From: Eledone cirrhosa
Lineage: Eukaryota
Reading direction: 5' to 3'
Length of the DNA: 64,000 nucleotides
NCBI GenBank assembly: GCA_964016885.1
Contig: OZ024750.1
Coordinates: 50,902,001 to 50,966,000, forward strand
Shown: positions 1 to 12,150 of the stretch, one piece after another
Numbering within the stretch: the first letter of the stretch is position 1
Layout: every line of letters starts with the position of its first letter
Made by a program: the position numbers and the translations under genes
Notes under the pieces: generated by a model
The model's database searches: none
What the model saw: the letters and a program-made list of their open reading frames with translations, nothing else
What the model was told of the DNA's origin: nothing

Positions 1-75
1 TACTTAGGATATTAGCAGATATATGTTTTCCATACACATACGCATACATAGTCAAACAAACACACACACACAAAT

Positions 76-108
<33 letters not shown>

Positions 109-215
109 CTAATGTATTGAGCACCTTACTCACACACACACACACACACAAACATATATATATATATATACATATAATGTGTGAGAAAAACCACAAACCC
201 TCCATCTCAACTCTA

Positions 216-251
216 CTTTTGAAAAGCAGAAGACCTGCGAAACCGGTAAAG
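216..251 (+). ncRNA. Type-I hammerhead-like motif, U3:A8 core variant
   Basis: CTT-TTGAAAA-GCAG(aagac)CTGC-GAAA-CCGG-TA-AAG. Stems I and II pair, stem III is the palindrome ACCGGT, and AATAAA follows. Confidence 0.6.
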
Positions 252-423
252 GAACCAAATAAATACATTTAAATAAAGAAGACTCCAGTTGCATTTTCCA
301 TTTCATCTATTTTCCTTAAACTTTCACTTGTGTAGGACACCTCGTTTGTTTTCATTTTGTAAAAATACCTCACTTTCTAAAACATATAATATATATATAA
401 ATATAATATGTAAATTTAATATG

Positions 424-480
<57 letters not shown>

Positions 481-486
481 GTAACA

Positions 487-1181
487 TTCACTTAATTGTT
501 GCGAACGAAACAAATTTAAAATGTGTCCGGGTATCACAGCTATTGCCAATATAGGTTTGTTTTTATTGATTTATTATTTTAAATCGAGACAGGCAAACCG
601 TATTATTCTAATTAGTATTTTTCAACCTAGCTAACTTGGTCATTTGCAATGCGAACACATGTATACTTGTATCAGTGTTTATCCCTCTCATATATTCATT
701 TGTATTACACGGCTCGGAAATATTCCTTTCTTTGAGCTATTTAATTGTAAAAGACTATTTTTTGTTTATAACTCTATATATAATATTCTCGGCTCCATAC
801 ATAGAGTCCCATAAAACCGGCTGCTATTTTTAGCGGCAGGAGAATGGGATGAGTTAGGCGCTGTGACACATGTGCGTTCAACAACACATTTCTCTCAGTC
901 TTCTTAAGTATTTTGAAGTGAAACCTACCAATTTCTGGATACCCGCAGAAGAGCACAAGAATAGGAATGTTCACTTAATTGTTGCGAAACAAATTTAAAA
1001 TTTGTCGGGATATCACGGCTATTGCCAATATAGGTTTGTTTTTATTGTTTTATTATTTTAAATCGAGACAGGCAAACCGTGTTATTTTAATTAGTATTTT
1101 TCAACCTAGCTAAGATGGTCATTTGCAATGCGAACACATGTATACTTGTATCAGTGTTCATCCCTATCATATACTTATTTG

Positions 1182-1184
<3 letters not shown>
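487..1184 (+). mobile_element. Non-coding HHR-bearing element with ~215-bp terminal direct repeats (483-bp period), PLE-derived or retrozyme-like
   Basis: 487-705 repeats at 970-1184; flanked by (TA)n; HHR at 938-1014. Confidence 0.65.
938..1014 (+). ncRNA. Degenerate type-I hammerhead ribozyme
   Basis: GATACCCG-CAGAAGA-GCA...TGC-GAAA-CAAATTTAAAATTTG-TC-GGGATATC. The first repeat copy keeps CGGGTATC (528-535), the perfect 8-bp partner of GATACCCG. Core U4 is mutated to A. Confidence 0.6.
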
Positions 1185-1237
<53 letters not shown>

Positions 1238-1277
1238 ATATTAACAAATGGAAACTATATTTATAAAACCATATTTA

Positions 1278-1340
1278 TTACATTATACATATTTCAAGGG
1301 CCACCAAGGCAAACTATCGTGCGCTTTCATCAGATAAAAT
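1278..1340 (-). ncRNA. Type-I hammerhead ribozyme (family C)
   Basis: Minus strand TTAT-CTGATGA-AAGCGCAC...GTGGCCCTT-GAAA-TATGTA-TA-ATG; related to 24932, 27063, 31702 and 36232. Confidence 0.7.
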
Positions 1341-1434
1341 ATAATATAGGTTAGTTTTATAAATAAATATTTTCATACCCTGAAAAAATACAACCATTCG
1401 TGTTGGAAACTCCTGGATATATAAATATTATGCA

Positions 1435-1490
1435 TATCCGCAGTTGAAAAAGTATATAATGCTGAAACCGGTACCTTTAGTAAATGCGGA
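1435..1490 (+). ncRNA. Hammerhead-like motif, U3:A8 variant, weak stem I
   Basis: TTGAAAA-AGTAT(ata)ATGCT-GAAA-CCGG-TA; flanking TCCGCA/TGCGGA can pair distally. Confidence 0.45.
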
Positions 1491-1587
1491 AATATCCACT
1501 TTATAAATAAATAAATGTTTTAATATTACACTGAAAGAATCTCTTCAGCATTTTCTACTGAAAAAATCTTCTTCTTTTCTACTATTT

Positions 1588-1694
<107 letters not shown>

Positions 1695-1821
1695 GTGTGG
1701 TGTGGTGTGTGTGTGTGTGTATGTGTGTGTGTGTATTACATATTAAATTTAAGTGAAAGATACTATATGGGTGTATAAGCAAGACAGAGAAAATTAAGTT
1801 GGTTTCACTTATATAGATTTA

Positions 1822-1900
1822 TTATTACCAAGATTTCGTTTATGGGAGAAGCAAATTATTGAAATAAATGTTGGAAGAATCCACAAAACTCTTCAGGGAT
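1822..1900 (-). ncRNA. Degenerate hammerhead with long stem II
   Basis: Minus strand CTGAAGA-GTTTTGTGG...CCATAAAC-GAAA-TCTTGG-TA; inverted homolog of the 2155-2240 motif. Confidence 0.5.
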
Positions 1901-2154
1901 GTAATTCTTCAAGACTAAGGCTATAGTGATCATGAAACTATACATACAGTTTCATTGCCGAGGCAACATGCTGTCCTATCAAATGTTGACCTATTATTTT
2001 CTCTAATTAACCTTTGAATTAATAATAACTGATCCTTAATTTGTCGAGTTATATCAGACGGTCTTTCGGTTACTATTTCTAGCGTCATTATAAGCCTGTC
2101 GTATAGTCCGCATATAGTAAGAAAGATTTGATAATTTCATATTATTAAAGAATA

Positions 2155-2240
2155 ACTGCTCTGAAGAGTAATACGGATTCTTCCAATATTGGTTTTTCCA
2201 TTAATTCGCTTCTTCCGTAAATGAAACCATGGTCAAGAGA
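2155..2240 (+). ncRNA. Hammerhead with long stem II and ACCATGGT palindromic stem III
   Basis: CTGAAGA(2161)-GTAATACGGA...TCCGTAAAT-GAAA-CCATGG-TC; stem I is weak. Confidence 0.55.
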
Positions 2241-2383
2241 CGATCAATTTTGTTTGTCTGGCTTCTACTCCCATAAATAGAGATTTGTTAACTTAAATTT
2301 AATATATAATATTGCTTTTCTGGGTAATATCTCATATTTTATCCATTCATTGTTACGTTTAATATATTAATATATATATATAT

Positions 2384-2414
<31 letters not shown>

Positions 2415-2431
2415 AATATATAAATATATAT

Positions 2432-2518
<87 letters not shown>

Positions 2519-2521
2519 TGA

Positions 2522-2589
<68 letters not shown>

Positions 2590-2897
2590 TAAAACAGACT
2601 AAAACTTGCATGTAAAACGCTTGAGTTGACAATGTCAAACCTAAGGCAACAGATATCAAGTTACGTGGAGGTTTATTCCATATATATATATATATATATA
2701 TATTCAGGTTTGAGGTTCACCACTGTATAGAGCTGGTCTATTTCGTATGGTCAATCGTAATGTAATAATGTAGAGAGTACTCAACGTAAAGCAGTTCAAC
2801 CGTCTTTGTTTTTGTAGTTGATGGTGCTATTACGGAGTTAAATATTATAATGAAATGACAGGAGGCTGGATTTGTGTAAATCCTTGAAAGATTTATT

Positions 2898-2955
2898 ATA
2901 CTATGATCATTTCAATGACCGGGTTCCGTATGAATCTGGTGATATCATCAGGTAT
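2898..2955 (-). ncRNA. Type-I hammerhead ribozyme (family A)
   Basis: Minus strand ATAC-CTGATGA-TATCACCAG...CCGGTCATT-GAAA-TGATCA-TA-GTAT; stem III ATGATCAT is a palindrome. Confidence 0.75.
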
Positions 2956-3111
2956 TCGAAATATAATATGTGAATGTAATAGATAAAATCCATGGGGCTG
3001 AAAATCCAGGGCGACCGGCTGAGGTTGAAGGAACAGAATAGCAGTCGCCCTCGGGTCCTAGATTTTCAGCCCCATAGATTTTATCTATTACATTCATGTA
3101 TTATATTTCGA

Positions 3112-3169
3112 ATACCCGATGATATCACCGGATTCATACGGAACCCGGTCATTGAAATGATCATAGTAT
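3112..3169 (+). ncRNA. Family A hammerhead with U4C core mutation
   Basis: ATAC-CCGATGA...GAAA-TGATCA-TA-GTAT. Confidence 0.6.
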
Positions 3170-3217
3170 AATAAACCTTTCAAGGATTTACACAAATCCA
3201 GCCTCCTGTCATTTCAT

Positions 3218-3262
<45 letters not shown>

Positions 3263-3267
<5 letters not shown>

Positions 3268-3950
3268 GGAAAAAATGAAACGAAATTTCATTTCTCACTC
3301 TTAGTACGGCTGTTACTTAAATATAAGTATGTATATGTACATACATATATGTATACAGACGTACAGGTGTATGTATATATACATACATGCACACATATAT
3401 ACATGTACGTATGGATTCACCGAACATTTATTATAATGCTCGGTGTGTTTGTAAACAAACATCCCGAATTAAGCCGTACAGTGTCTAGCAACCATCGTTG
3501 CTCATGTGTTCAACACTGACAAAGGAACGCTGTACTAGTTTAAAGCTTATTAGCTATCGTCAGCAACGTATAACTTCCTGCCAGATGATTGAATGTCTGA
3601 AAGTATATACTTTCCTTATGCATATTAACGGCTGAGCAGCCTAATTTGCATATCGAGTGAGTTAATCGGCCGGGGTACCGAAAACGATAAACAGGAAAAA
3701 TGAAACGAAATTTCATTTCTCACTCTTAGTACAGCTGTTACTTAAACATAAGTATGTATACGTACATACATATATGTATACATACGTACAGCAGTATGTA
3801 TATATATATACATACATGAACAAATGAGCAACGATGGTTGCTAGACACTGTACGGCTTAATTCGGGATGTTTGTTTACAAACTCACCGAGCTTTATAATA
3901 AATGTTCGGTGAATCCATACGTACATTTATATATGTGTGCATGTATGTCT
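3263..3950 (-). mobile_element. Non-coding HHR element (family B): 425-bp terminally redundant monomer plus inverted segment
   Basis: TGAAACGAAATTTCATTTCTCACTCTTAGTAC at 3276 and 3701; 3824-3945 is the reverse complement of ~3385-3505; homolog at 30695-31270. Confidence 0.75.
3528..3568 (-). ncRNA. Family B hammerhead (G12 mutated in this copy)
   Basis: Minus strand CGTTG-CTGACGA-TAGCT(aata)AGCTT-TAAA-CTAG-TA-CAGCG. The homolog near 30950 retains GAAA-CTAG-TA-CAGCG. Confidence 0.7.
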
Positions 3951-3978
3951 ATATATACTTTATGTATATATATACTTT

Positions 3979-4667
3979 ATCTGGTGATTCTATAGACATG
4001 TTTTATGATATATAGCTCTGATTATTTAATTTATTAATTCTTCATTGAGCCACTAAGTGACCCGTTCCAAAACACATATATATCTATAACTTTATATATA
4101 TATGTATGTGAACCTCTATATGTAATAATCTCCCGTTAGGTTGAGATACAATTTTGGCTGTATTGGACTGCGCTTTCTAGCAAAAAGCCTACCAGCCGTA
4201 AGCAACTAATCACATCCTTTCTAACTTGACCGCTGCCATGCCACGATTCTTAGCCATTTTTTAATGTATTCTTGGCGCGATCACTTTGGAAAATTAATTG
4301 TGTAAATTTGAGCTAACTACTGAAGAATCCGAAGCTCTAGATATCCAATGTTATCGGAGGTCTTAAAATGCGGACGAAACCATGGTAGAGGTAATTAAAT
4401 ATGTACACTTTTCTTCTAGTTTATTTTACACCTAATTCTGTTTAGTTGACTGTATATCTGGTCGATTTATACATGCTATAGAAATATTCGATAAATGATC
4501 CGTCGTAACCGCCGCGAAGGGGCTGCTTTCGGTTATTTGTCGGAGATTTCTTCATAGGAGCCTTTATTCTTATAGCTTGGTCTAATTGATTTTTTATATG
4601 GTTAATTATGCTAATTGGGAGAGGAAACGGTATATATTTAATCTGGTGATTCTATAGACATGTTTTA

Positions 4668-4675
<8 letters not shown>
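3979..4675 (+). mobile_element. Non-coding HHR element with ~35-bp terminal direct repeats (662-bp period)
   Basis: ATCTGGTGATTCTATAGACATGTTTTATGATATATA at 3979 and 4641; HHR at 4317-4390. Confidence 0.6.
4317..4390 (+). ncRNA. Hammerhead with long stem II and ACCATGGT stem III
   Basis: CTGAAGA(4320)-ATCCG...CGGAC-GAAA-CCATGG-TA-GAG; stem I has a mismatch. Confidence 0.55.
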
Positions 4676-4745
<70 letters not shown>

Positions 4746-4823
4746 ATATATATACATATATTTATATATATTGAGTTAAATGACAGGAGGCTGGACTGAT
4801 GAAATTCCTTAAAGATTATTACA

Positions 4824-4876
4824 AACACTATGCACATTTCAATGACCGGGTTCTGTAGGTGATATCATCAGGCGTT
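4824..4876 (-). ncRNA. Diverged family A hammerhead
   Basis: Minus strand AACGC-CTGATGA-TATCACC...GGTCATT-GAAA-TGTGCA-TA-GTGTT; stem I differs from family A copies but still pairs. Confidence 0.7.
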
Positions 4877-5537
4877 AGGAAATGTATCTAATAAAGCAAA
4901 GGCGCTCAGCTGGGGCCATATGACCCCCCCCCCCCCCTCCGGGTGCATTATGCAGTAAGGGGGGCGTTTCGTAGCTCCAGGGGGGCGCTGGATGCCCCTT
5001 TAGTTTGGTAAGTTTTATAAGTCATATGTGTACGTCTCTTAGACGGCCAGTGTGAATGGGTTTGAATGGAGAAAACGAAGAAAATAAACAAAAGAAGCTT
5101 GTCAACGAATTCCCTAGGGAGATAAATGAAAATCAAAAGAAATCAAAGAGAATGAAAATAAGGATTACTTAAACAGAAATGACAAGAAGAAGCAATGGTG
5201 GTGAACATACACACACATGCATACACACACACATATACACATACATACACCCACACACACATATATATACACACACAGGCCGGCATTAGTGTTAGATGAT
5301 GTTGAGAACCTGGTCAACTTTCAGCCAGAGCTGTGGAATTTAAACTCCCTAGGTAATAAAATCTGGCGACAAAATGTTTCTCCTTACCAAAAAAGGACAC
5401 ATAGAATATATCAATATCCTTACACACTTGAATATAAATGCATGTAAAATACAAATATATAAATGCATAGCTATATACATACGTAAATGTATGCATGTAT
5501 ATATGTATGTATGTATGTAGAGTTATATATATAAATC

Positions 5538-5602
<65 letters not shown>

Positions 5603-5769
5603 CTACATACATATATATATCTATCTACATACATACATACATAAATATATATGTAAATCTACATACATACACTCATACATATATACATACATACTTTTAC
5701 GTATGTTTATAGCTAGGCATTTGTACATTTGTATATATATACAAGCATTTATATTTAAGTGTGTAAGAT

Positions 5770-5802
<33 letters not shown>

Positions 5803-5860
5803 GTGTGTGTGTGTCTGTGTGTAATATATATATGTATATTACACACATACACACACACGC

Positions 5861-5891
<31 letters not shown>

Positions 5892-5892
5892 C

Positions 5893-6098
5893 TTAGTGTG
5901 ACAAGAAGCTTGCTTCCCAACCACATATTTCCGGGTTCAGTTCCACTGCCCGGGCCGACCAAATCCCTGTGTGTGGATTTGATAGACCGAAACTGAAAGA
6001 AGCCCGTCTTATATATGTGTACATGTCTGTGTGTGTATTTGCGTTTGTGTTTGCCCTACCACCAATGCTTGTTGGTTTGTTGACGTCCCCATAACTTA
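5893..6098 (+). mobile_element. tRNA-derived SINE fragment (cephalopod type)
   Basis: B-box-like GGTTCAGTTCC, followed by a GGATTTGATAGACCGAAACTGAAAGAAGCCCGTC segment and a (GT)n-rich body. Confidence 0.6.
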
Positions 6099-6150
6099 CC
6101 AAGGTGATGCTCCAGCATGGGCGTAGTCCAGAAACATAATAAAAGTAAAA

Positions 6151-6209
<59 letters not shown>

Positions 6210-6213
6210 AGAA

Positions 6214-6617
6214 GAGGGGTCTCAAACTCAAGGACACAAAAGGGCCATTACGTCCTGGATGAGAGGCACAGTGGGCCAAACGTGGGGATGGGGGAAGATT
6301 TTCACCAGTTATAATCATTTCTACTATAGGAACAAGGCATGAAATTTGGGGTTTAGGGTTCAGTCGATTGCATCGATCCTAGTACACAACTGGTACTTAC
6401 TTCATCGACCCCAAAAGGATAAAAGGCAAAGTTGAGATCGGCGGAATTTGAACTCAGAACATAAAAACGGAAGAAGTACCGTTGAGCATTTCGCCAGATG
6501 TGCTAACGATTCCACAGCTCACCGCCTTATTTTCACCAGTTAAAATGCAATATGAAATATTGGTTCTACCACGGGCCACAGAAAAGTAGTTCGCGGGCCG
6601 CATGTTTGAGCCCTCTG
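6214..6617. mobile_element. hAT (Charlie/Buster-like) MITE interrupted by a SINE
   Basis: Imperfect TIRs GGGGTCTCAAAC ... GTTTGAGCCCTCTG with subterminal GCGGGCCGC. Confidence 0.55.
6315..6531 (-). mobile_element. tRNA-derived SINE (MetaSINE-like core)
   Basis: Reverse complement of CTGAGTTCAAATTCCGCCGA...CTTTGCCTTTTATCCTTTTGGGGTCGAT...AAGTACCAG. Confidence 0.75.
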
Positions 6618-7399
6618 TTGGAGATAGATAGATAGATAGATGTGTACGAAACACACACACAGACATTTCTTACTCTCTCTGTCCCTTCCTCTTTCTCTCT
6701 TCATTTATATATATATACAATATATATATATATGTGTGTGTGGGGGGGGGGGCGTTGTTATTTGGTTTTGTTGAAAAGAGCAGTGGCCTTTGACCTGGCA
6801 ATAAAAAAAACTGTAAACAAAATTCTTTCTGTACCCAAACCAAGGCACACACACACACATAAGTGTGTGTGCCTTGGTTTGGGTACACACACACACATAA
6901 GTGTGTGTGTGTGTATGTATTTGTCTGTGTGTGTGTGTGTGTGTGTGTCTGCGTGCGCGTCTACGTGTGTGTGTATGTGTACATATCTATGTATATATAT
7001 ATAAGCGATACAAATACTACTTTCTCACTGTCACCAAGCTTCTCAATTCATTCGTTGCTAAGTATTTTATTCTGCTACGAGGTATTTTATTTTGCAAGGT
7101 ACTATTTTTCCCCTGAGTTTGTGATTTCAGAGAAAGGTAACAAATTCTTCATATTTTACATCTTTTGTATTTTGACTTTACAATTTGAATTGTAGACTTG
7201 TTTATCCAATCAAAATATTACAACAGCTAACAGTGAAATATAGAATTTAAAAAACAGCTTTTTCGACTGCAATCAAGTCTTTGAAAACATTCACGTCTAT
7301 TTTTCAAAAATATATAATTTGAAATAGTTTGCTTTTGTTTTGGACTGAAACTTTTTTGTATTTAATTCGTACGGGTATTTTTTTAACAATCTTGTTAAA

Positions 7400-8215
7400 G
7401 ATTCTAACATAACTTGATTTGGCCCATTACGTGCTCTGCGGCATTCATATTTCTCAACTTATTATAGCTAAGTCCGTACAACAAGCTTCACTTATCAAAA
7501 ATATTCTAGGTTACGTGAATCAATTGCGGAAACTATATAGTACATCAGTGAAATTTAAGCACGCGTATTTATCACAAGATGATGAAGAAAATGAAGTATC
7601 GTCACCACGCTCCTTAAAATCTGTGTGCCCTACTCGATGGCTAACACGACTTTTATAAGCCCTTCTTGACAATTATCCAGATGTCCCTATTTCTTTACAA
7701 GAGGCAACAAATGAGTTTGGCACCAACATTGCATCCAGAGCTAATGTTATTCTTACGTGCCACTCTCCGGGCCAATATGTTCTTGGATTGCACGTTGTAG
7801 TTCCACTACTTCAATTCCTTGAAGGATTGAACAACTCTTTTCAAAGTACCACCTTGAATCTAGCTAGCTTGTTACATAGTGTCAAACTGGTGCAGGAGGA
7901 GCTAAAAAATCTACGCAGGGAAGAAAAATTTCCGGAGCTGTTCAATACAGCAGAAAACATGATTTATCAACTCGATATTTCTCCTTTGGAGCTACCCAGA
8001 CAACGAAAAGTTCCTAAAATATACCAGGAAGGAAATGCATTGAAATATCAACAATGTACTGCTTTGGGTCATTACAGAGTGCAGTATTTGCAGGTAGTGT
8101 ATACTGCAATATCAAATTTGAAAGATTATTTTTTTCCACAGGATTTAGCAGATTATGAAAAACTGAGCAATATTTTCCACCAAGACGAAATGCACGAAGA
8201 GCTTCTAAAGGTGCC
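7400..8215 (+). pseudogene. hAT transposase fragment (ZMYM1-like type), degenerate
   Basis: LKSVCPTRWLTRL, LNNSFQSTTLNL, LPRQRKVPK; contains stops and frameshifts. Confidence 0.65.
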
Positions 8216-8229
8216 AGAGTCTTTGAATC

Positions 8230-9334
8230 TGTCAAGGGATACCTCGAAGAAAAAGAGATACCTCTTAAAAATAGTGTATCATGTGATACAGACGGTGCAA
8301 GAGCAATGGTCAGCCAACATAAAGGTTTCGTCTCTCTTCTGAAGAGGGAAAATCCATTTGTATTTGCTGTTCATTGTGTCATTCATCCACAACACTTGGC
8401 TGCGAAGAAACTCAGCAAGTCGCTGAGCAAGTATTTGCAGGTAGCCATTGATGTCATCAATTATATCAAACGCCATGCCCTCAATGAACGAATTTTCCGG
8501 CAACTGTGCGAAGATAATGACGAAAAATTCGTCGAGTTGCTCATTCATACTGAAGAGAGGTGGCTTTCAAAGGGTAAGTTCCTTACTCGCTTCTTTGAAC
8601 TGTTCGAATCTATCATTTAGTTTCTTCGAGGACGCAACATAGAACTGTATAAAAGACCCTCGATTGAGGCAAGACAGCGTCTACCTCGCCGATATTCGAC
8701 AAATGCAATAGCCTCATTATGGCTTTGCAGGGGGAGAAGATCACCTTGTTTAAAGCAAGGAATGCTGCGAAAATATTCCTGGCCAAATTGAAAGTCTTCG
8801 AAAGGAATCTTTGTCGACGGGAATTCTATAATTTTCCTAGTGTTGCCAATGTTCAAAACATTGTGAGCGATGACCAACTCCAAATTTATACCGCGCACCT
8901 CCGTGCACTACAAGACAACATTAGAGAACGGTTTGTCGACCCTTTACAGATGGACATCCCAATGTAGATAGCAGATCCCTTCATAGCTAACGTCGACGAT
9001 TTGGACGTTAAATTTCAGGAAGAATTAATTGAACTTCAGACAGATGACATTATAAAAATTAAATTTTCCAAAATAGGTGAACCTCTTTTTTTGGATGCAA
9101 GAGGAAATTCAGCGTCGATTTCTACTCCAACATGCAGAGGCTAAGAGATTTGCTTTGCCTTTTTCTAGCTCATACTTAGTCGAGAGGGGGTTTGGCGCTG
9201 TTTCCAGACTGCATAGTAAGGCTCGCAACCGCTACAATGTGATTGCACGTGGAGATCTCCGGCTACGTCTTACGAAAATCCATCCTGACGTCAAAGTGTT
9301 GGCTAAACTCCATAAAGTTCAAGGGTTCCATTGA
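8230..9334 (+). pseudogene. hAT transposase C-terminal half (Buster/Charlie, ZBED8/SCAND3-like), degenerate
   Basis: TDGARAM, HCVIH, HTEERWLSKG, FSSSYLVERGF, GDLRLRLT..HPD; several frameshifts and stops. Confidence 0.85.
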
Positions 9335-9941
9335 AACGAGGTCAAAGTAAGTCGATTTTTTATTTGTAGTTGCAGTCTGACTGGACTGGAAACCATCTAC
9401 CACAATTCACTTACTCATTTGTTGTATATATTTTACTTTTTACTAATGAATATACCCTTTTACGTGATCATGAAAACCCTCTTCCGTGGTCTCTAAGCTC
9501 ACAAAGCGGGAGGACATCAAGTTAGATATCAACATTTATTCTGTCCGTTTCATTAAAGGGAAAATTGGAAAGCTTTGAAATAATACAATTGCCAGTTTCT
9601 TTCAGATAAGAGCACTCTTTGGATAGAGAGAGTTGCTCTTGTATAAATGTTCAAAATAGCTGGTATCGTCTGGTGGGAATATAACAAATTCAACTAGTCC
9701 TTATTCATAAAAAGAACATTTATGTTCCTTTTTTGAAATTTATATACTTCCTTTCAAGGAATGTATTTATACTTTCAACTATCTGCAATGGTATCTTTGG
9801 AATATCGTTAATCAATTTTTTAGTAATCTACTGATATCAAAATCAGTAGTATATTGAAAAATGGAAAAATAGGGTAGGGGGTGTTTCGTGATTTTGACGG
9901 GCAAAAGGGGGCATTTGGCCGAAAAGGGTTGAGAACCTTTG
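9335..9941 (+). mobile_element. 3' arm and probable right TIR of the Buster-like hAT
   Basis: Ends AAAAGGGTTGAGAACCTTTG, resembling the reverse complement of CAGGGGTTCTCAACC. Confidence 0.55.
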
Positions 9942-9979
9942 TAATAAAGGAATATAATAATGGTAGACACAATCCAAGG

Positions 9980-10720
9980 GGTTGAAAATTAGAGAGAAAT
10001 GTTTAAGACCCGAACGCGACCAGAGCCGGTAGTTGCCAGCCTGGATGACCGCCTTCAAGTGAGAAATCTACTTAATTTCGTCTTGGTGGTCTGGTCAGGG
10101 TGCTTTATACTTATAGTGCCTTCCACTACTACCGCGCTGTCACCCGCAGCGAAACTGACACATGCTAGTGGTGAAGGAGATCAGGTTACATAGTAGAAAG
10201 GTTTTTCCTTGGCCTTGGTCAAAAGTACTAAAAAATATATAGTGGACGGTCAGAATCAGAACCCAAAAGGTTTAAGGTAGAGTTTGAAATTACGATTAAT
10301 GATTAGAAATGTAAAATTTAGGTTTAGAATTGAAATATATAATTTAAAATGAGATTAAAGATTAAAGATATAAAATTTAGGTTTAAAATTGAGAGATCTA
10401 GTTAAAGAATTTGTAGAAGGAAGCATTTAGGTAAAAATAATGAAGTTTTATGGTAGATTTAAATGTTAAGGTTAAGGTTTAAAAATTCAAGTTTAAAATT
10501 TAAGAGTACTGTTTGGCGGCCAATAACCTGTGACGCGACGGTTTCTCGGTCCACCTAGGGCCCAAGTGTGTACCAACCGTTCCGAGTATTTTCGTGTACC
10601 GAAGGAAAGCGAAATGAATATTTTTACAAGCACTCTAGGAAGGTTGATAGACTCAGGCGCTGCGGGCGCAAGCGGAAAGGTGGTCACAGCCGGGCGATCA
10701 TACAGCGTGTACCAAATATA
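9980..10720. repeat. Unclassified dispersed repeat (GC-rich blocks plus strand-skewed AT block), inverted homolog of 29108-29970
   Basis: CCGAGTATTTTCGTGTACCGAAGGAA (~10582) matches the reverse complement of ~29408-29433; AGCACTCTAGGAA is also shared. Confidence 0.55.
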
Positions 10721-11428
10721 TATATAACGTAGGAGGTGAGTTTTATTATATACATAATGTAGGAGGTGAGTTTTATTATATATATATATATATATAATAT
10801 AGGAGGTGAGTTATATTGTAGAACAATAAAGCAATGCAAATATAGGATAAGTAGCACTCAACAGTTTATTGGACGGGAGTATATATAAGAAGAAATTAAA
10901 ATATATTTGTTTTTGAAATGCGCATAATAAAATACATGGAACTTTTTAAACCATCTTTTAATTTCTTCTTATAAGATATATTTTCTTTTGGTCGTTTTGG
11001 AAGCCTCAACAATGCAGATGGGTAATTCTCCGGGTAACAGGATCCGGTGGTGAAGAGAGAGATATAAGGGAGTGTAGAATGAGATATATAGTGTGTAGAA
11101 GAACGTAGGAAAGAGCGTAAAAAATAATAATAATAACACGAGATAGAGTTACCTTGGGAGAGATTTAATTGTCCCTATATATTTCGTATTCACATCCATC
11201 AACTGAGGTTTTTTCCGGGGGGGAGGGGGGGGGGGGGGCGAAACGTGTCTTCTGCTGTTCGTAGTTTTGCAGGTTGGATATTTTACGTCTTGATGTGGTA
11301 GCTAAGTATATGTTATGTTGATACCATTACTTATTTGTATAGGTAAGTATATATTAACTCTATGTTTTGTGAAGGTACCTATATTTGCTTGTATATGTTA
11401 TACGCGTATATATTATAATTCGGTTTCC

Positions 11429-11700
11429 TAAATAGAATTTTAGTCTATGACTTCAGTTACCATAAACGTGGTTTTCTCTTTGCGTGTAATCGTTCTGATA
11501 ATGACCTATGGTCTTCGTTTTTTTTCCGTTCATTGCCAGAGAACGTCTCCACGAATCACCTAATAGAATATTAGTCTACGCCTTCATTTATACCATAGAG
11601 GTGGTTTTGTCTTTGCGTGTAATTATTTTCACCGCTCCTAATTATGACGTATTATTTTCGGTCTTTTTCCCGTTCTTTGCCAGGGAACGTTTCCACGAAC
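11429..11700. repeat. Diverged tandem duplication, ~130-bp period
   Basis: ATAGAAT.TTAGTCTA...GTGGTTTT.TCTTTGCGTGTAAT occurs twice. Confidence 0.6.
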
Positions 11701-11847
11701 CAAAGTATCGTCTTCCTGTCTTCCTTCGGTTGCAACCTTTTTTGAAATATTTACTTCTGCGTTTACAGATTGACTTTTTTAGTTTTAGAAGATCCCATTA
11801 AGGGTGAAAGCAGCGATTCTTTGCTCAAACTTTAATCTGTTATTTTA

Positions 11848-11930
<83 letters not shown>

Positions 11931-11931
<1 letters not shown>

Positions 11932-12118
11932 CGAAGGAGGTGTGGTAAGGAACCAGATGGACAATAAATCACCAGAGTACTCAATACTTAGGGTAGTAGA
12001 GTGGGTAATAGGAAAATGTTTAACCCGACGGCAGAGCTGAACCCGTTTCGACGGCTATTTCAGTCCAGAAATAGCCGTCGAAACTGCTTGAGCTCTGTCG
12101 TCGGAGTCATACTTTCTC

Positions 12119-12120
<2 letters not shown>
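11931..12120. mobile_element. Family D mini-element ending in a GC-rich hairpin
   Basis: ACGAAGGAGGTGTGGTAAGGAACCAGATGG is shared with 40761; perfect 17-bp arms at 12045-12061 and 12068-12084. Confidence 0.65.

Positions 12121-12147
<27 letters not shown>

Positions 12148-12150
<3 letters not shown>

Larger units (their letters stand above)
2702..3221. mobile_element. Fold-back non-coding element (family A) with two inverted HHR copies
   Basis: Inverted arms ~2846-3012 and ~3054-3221; homologous to 30330-30656 and 4780-4880; flanked by (TA)n. Confidence 0.8.
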
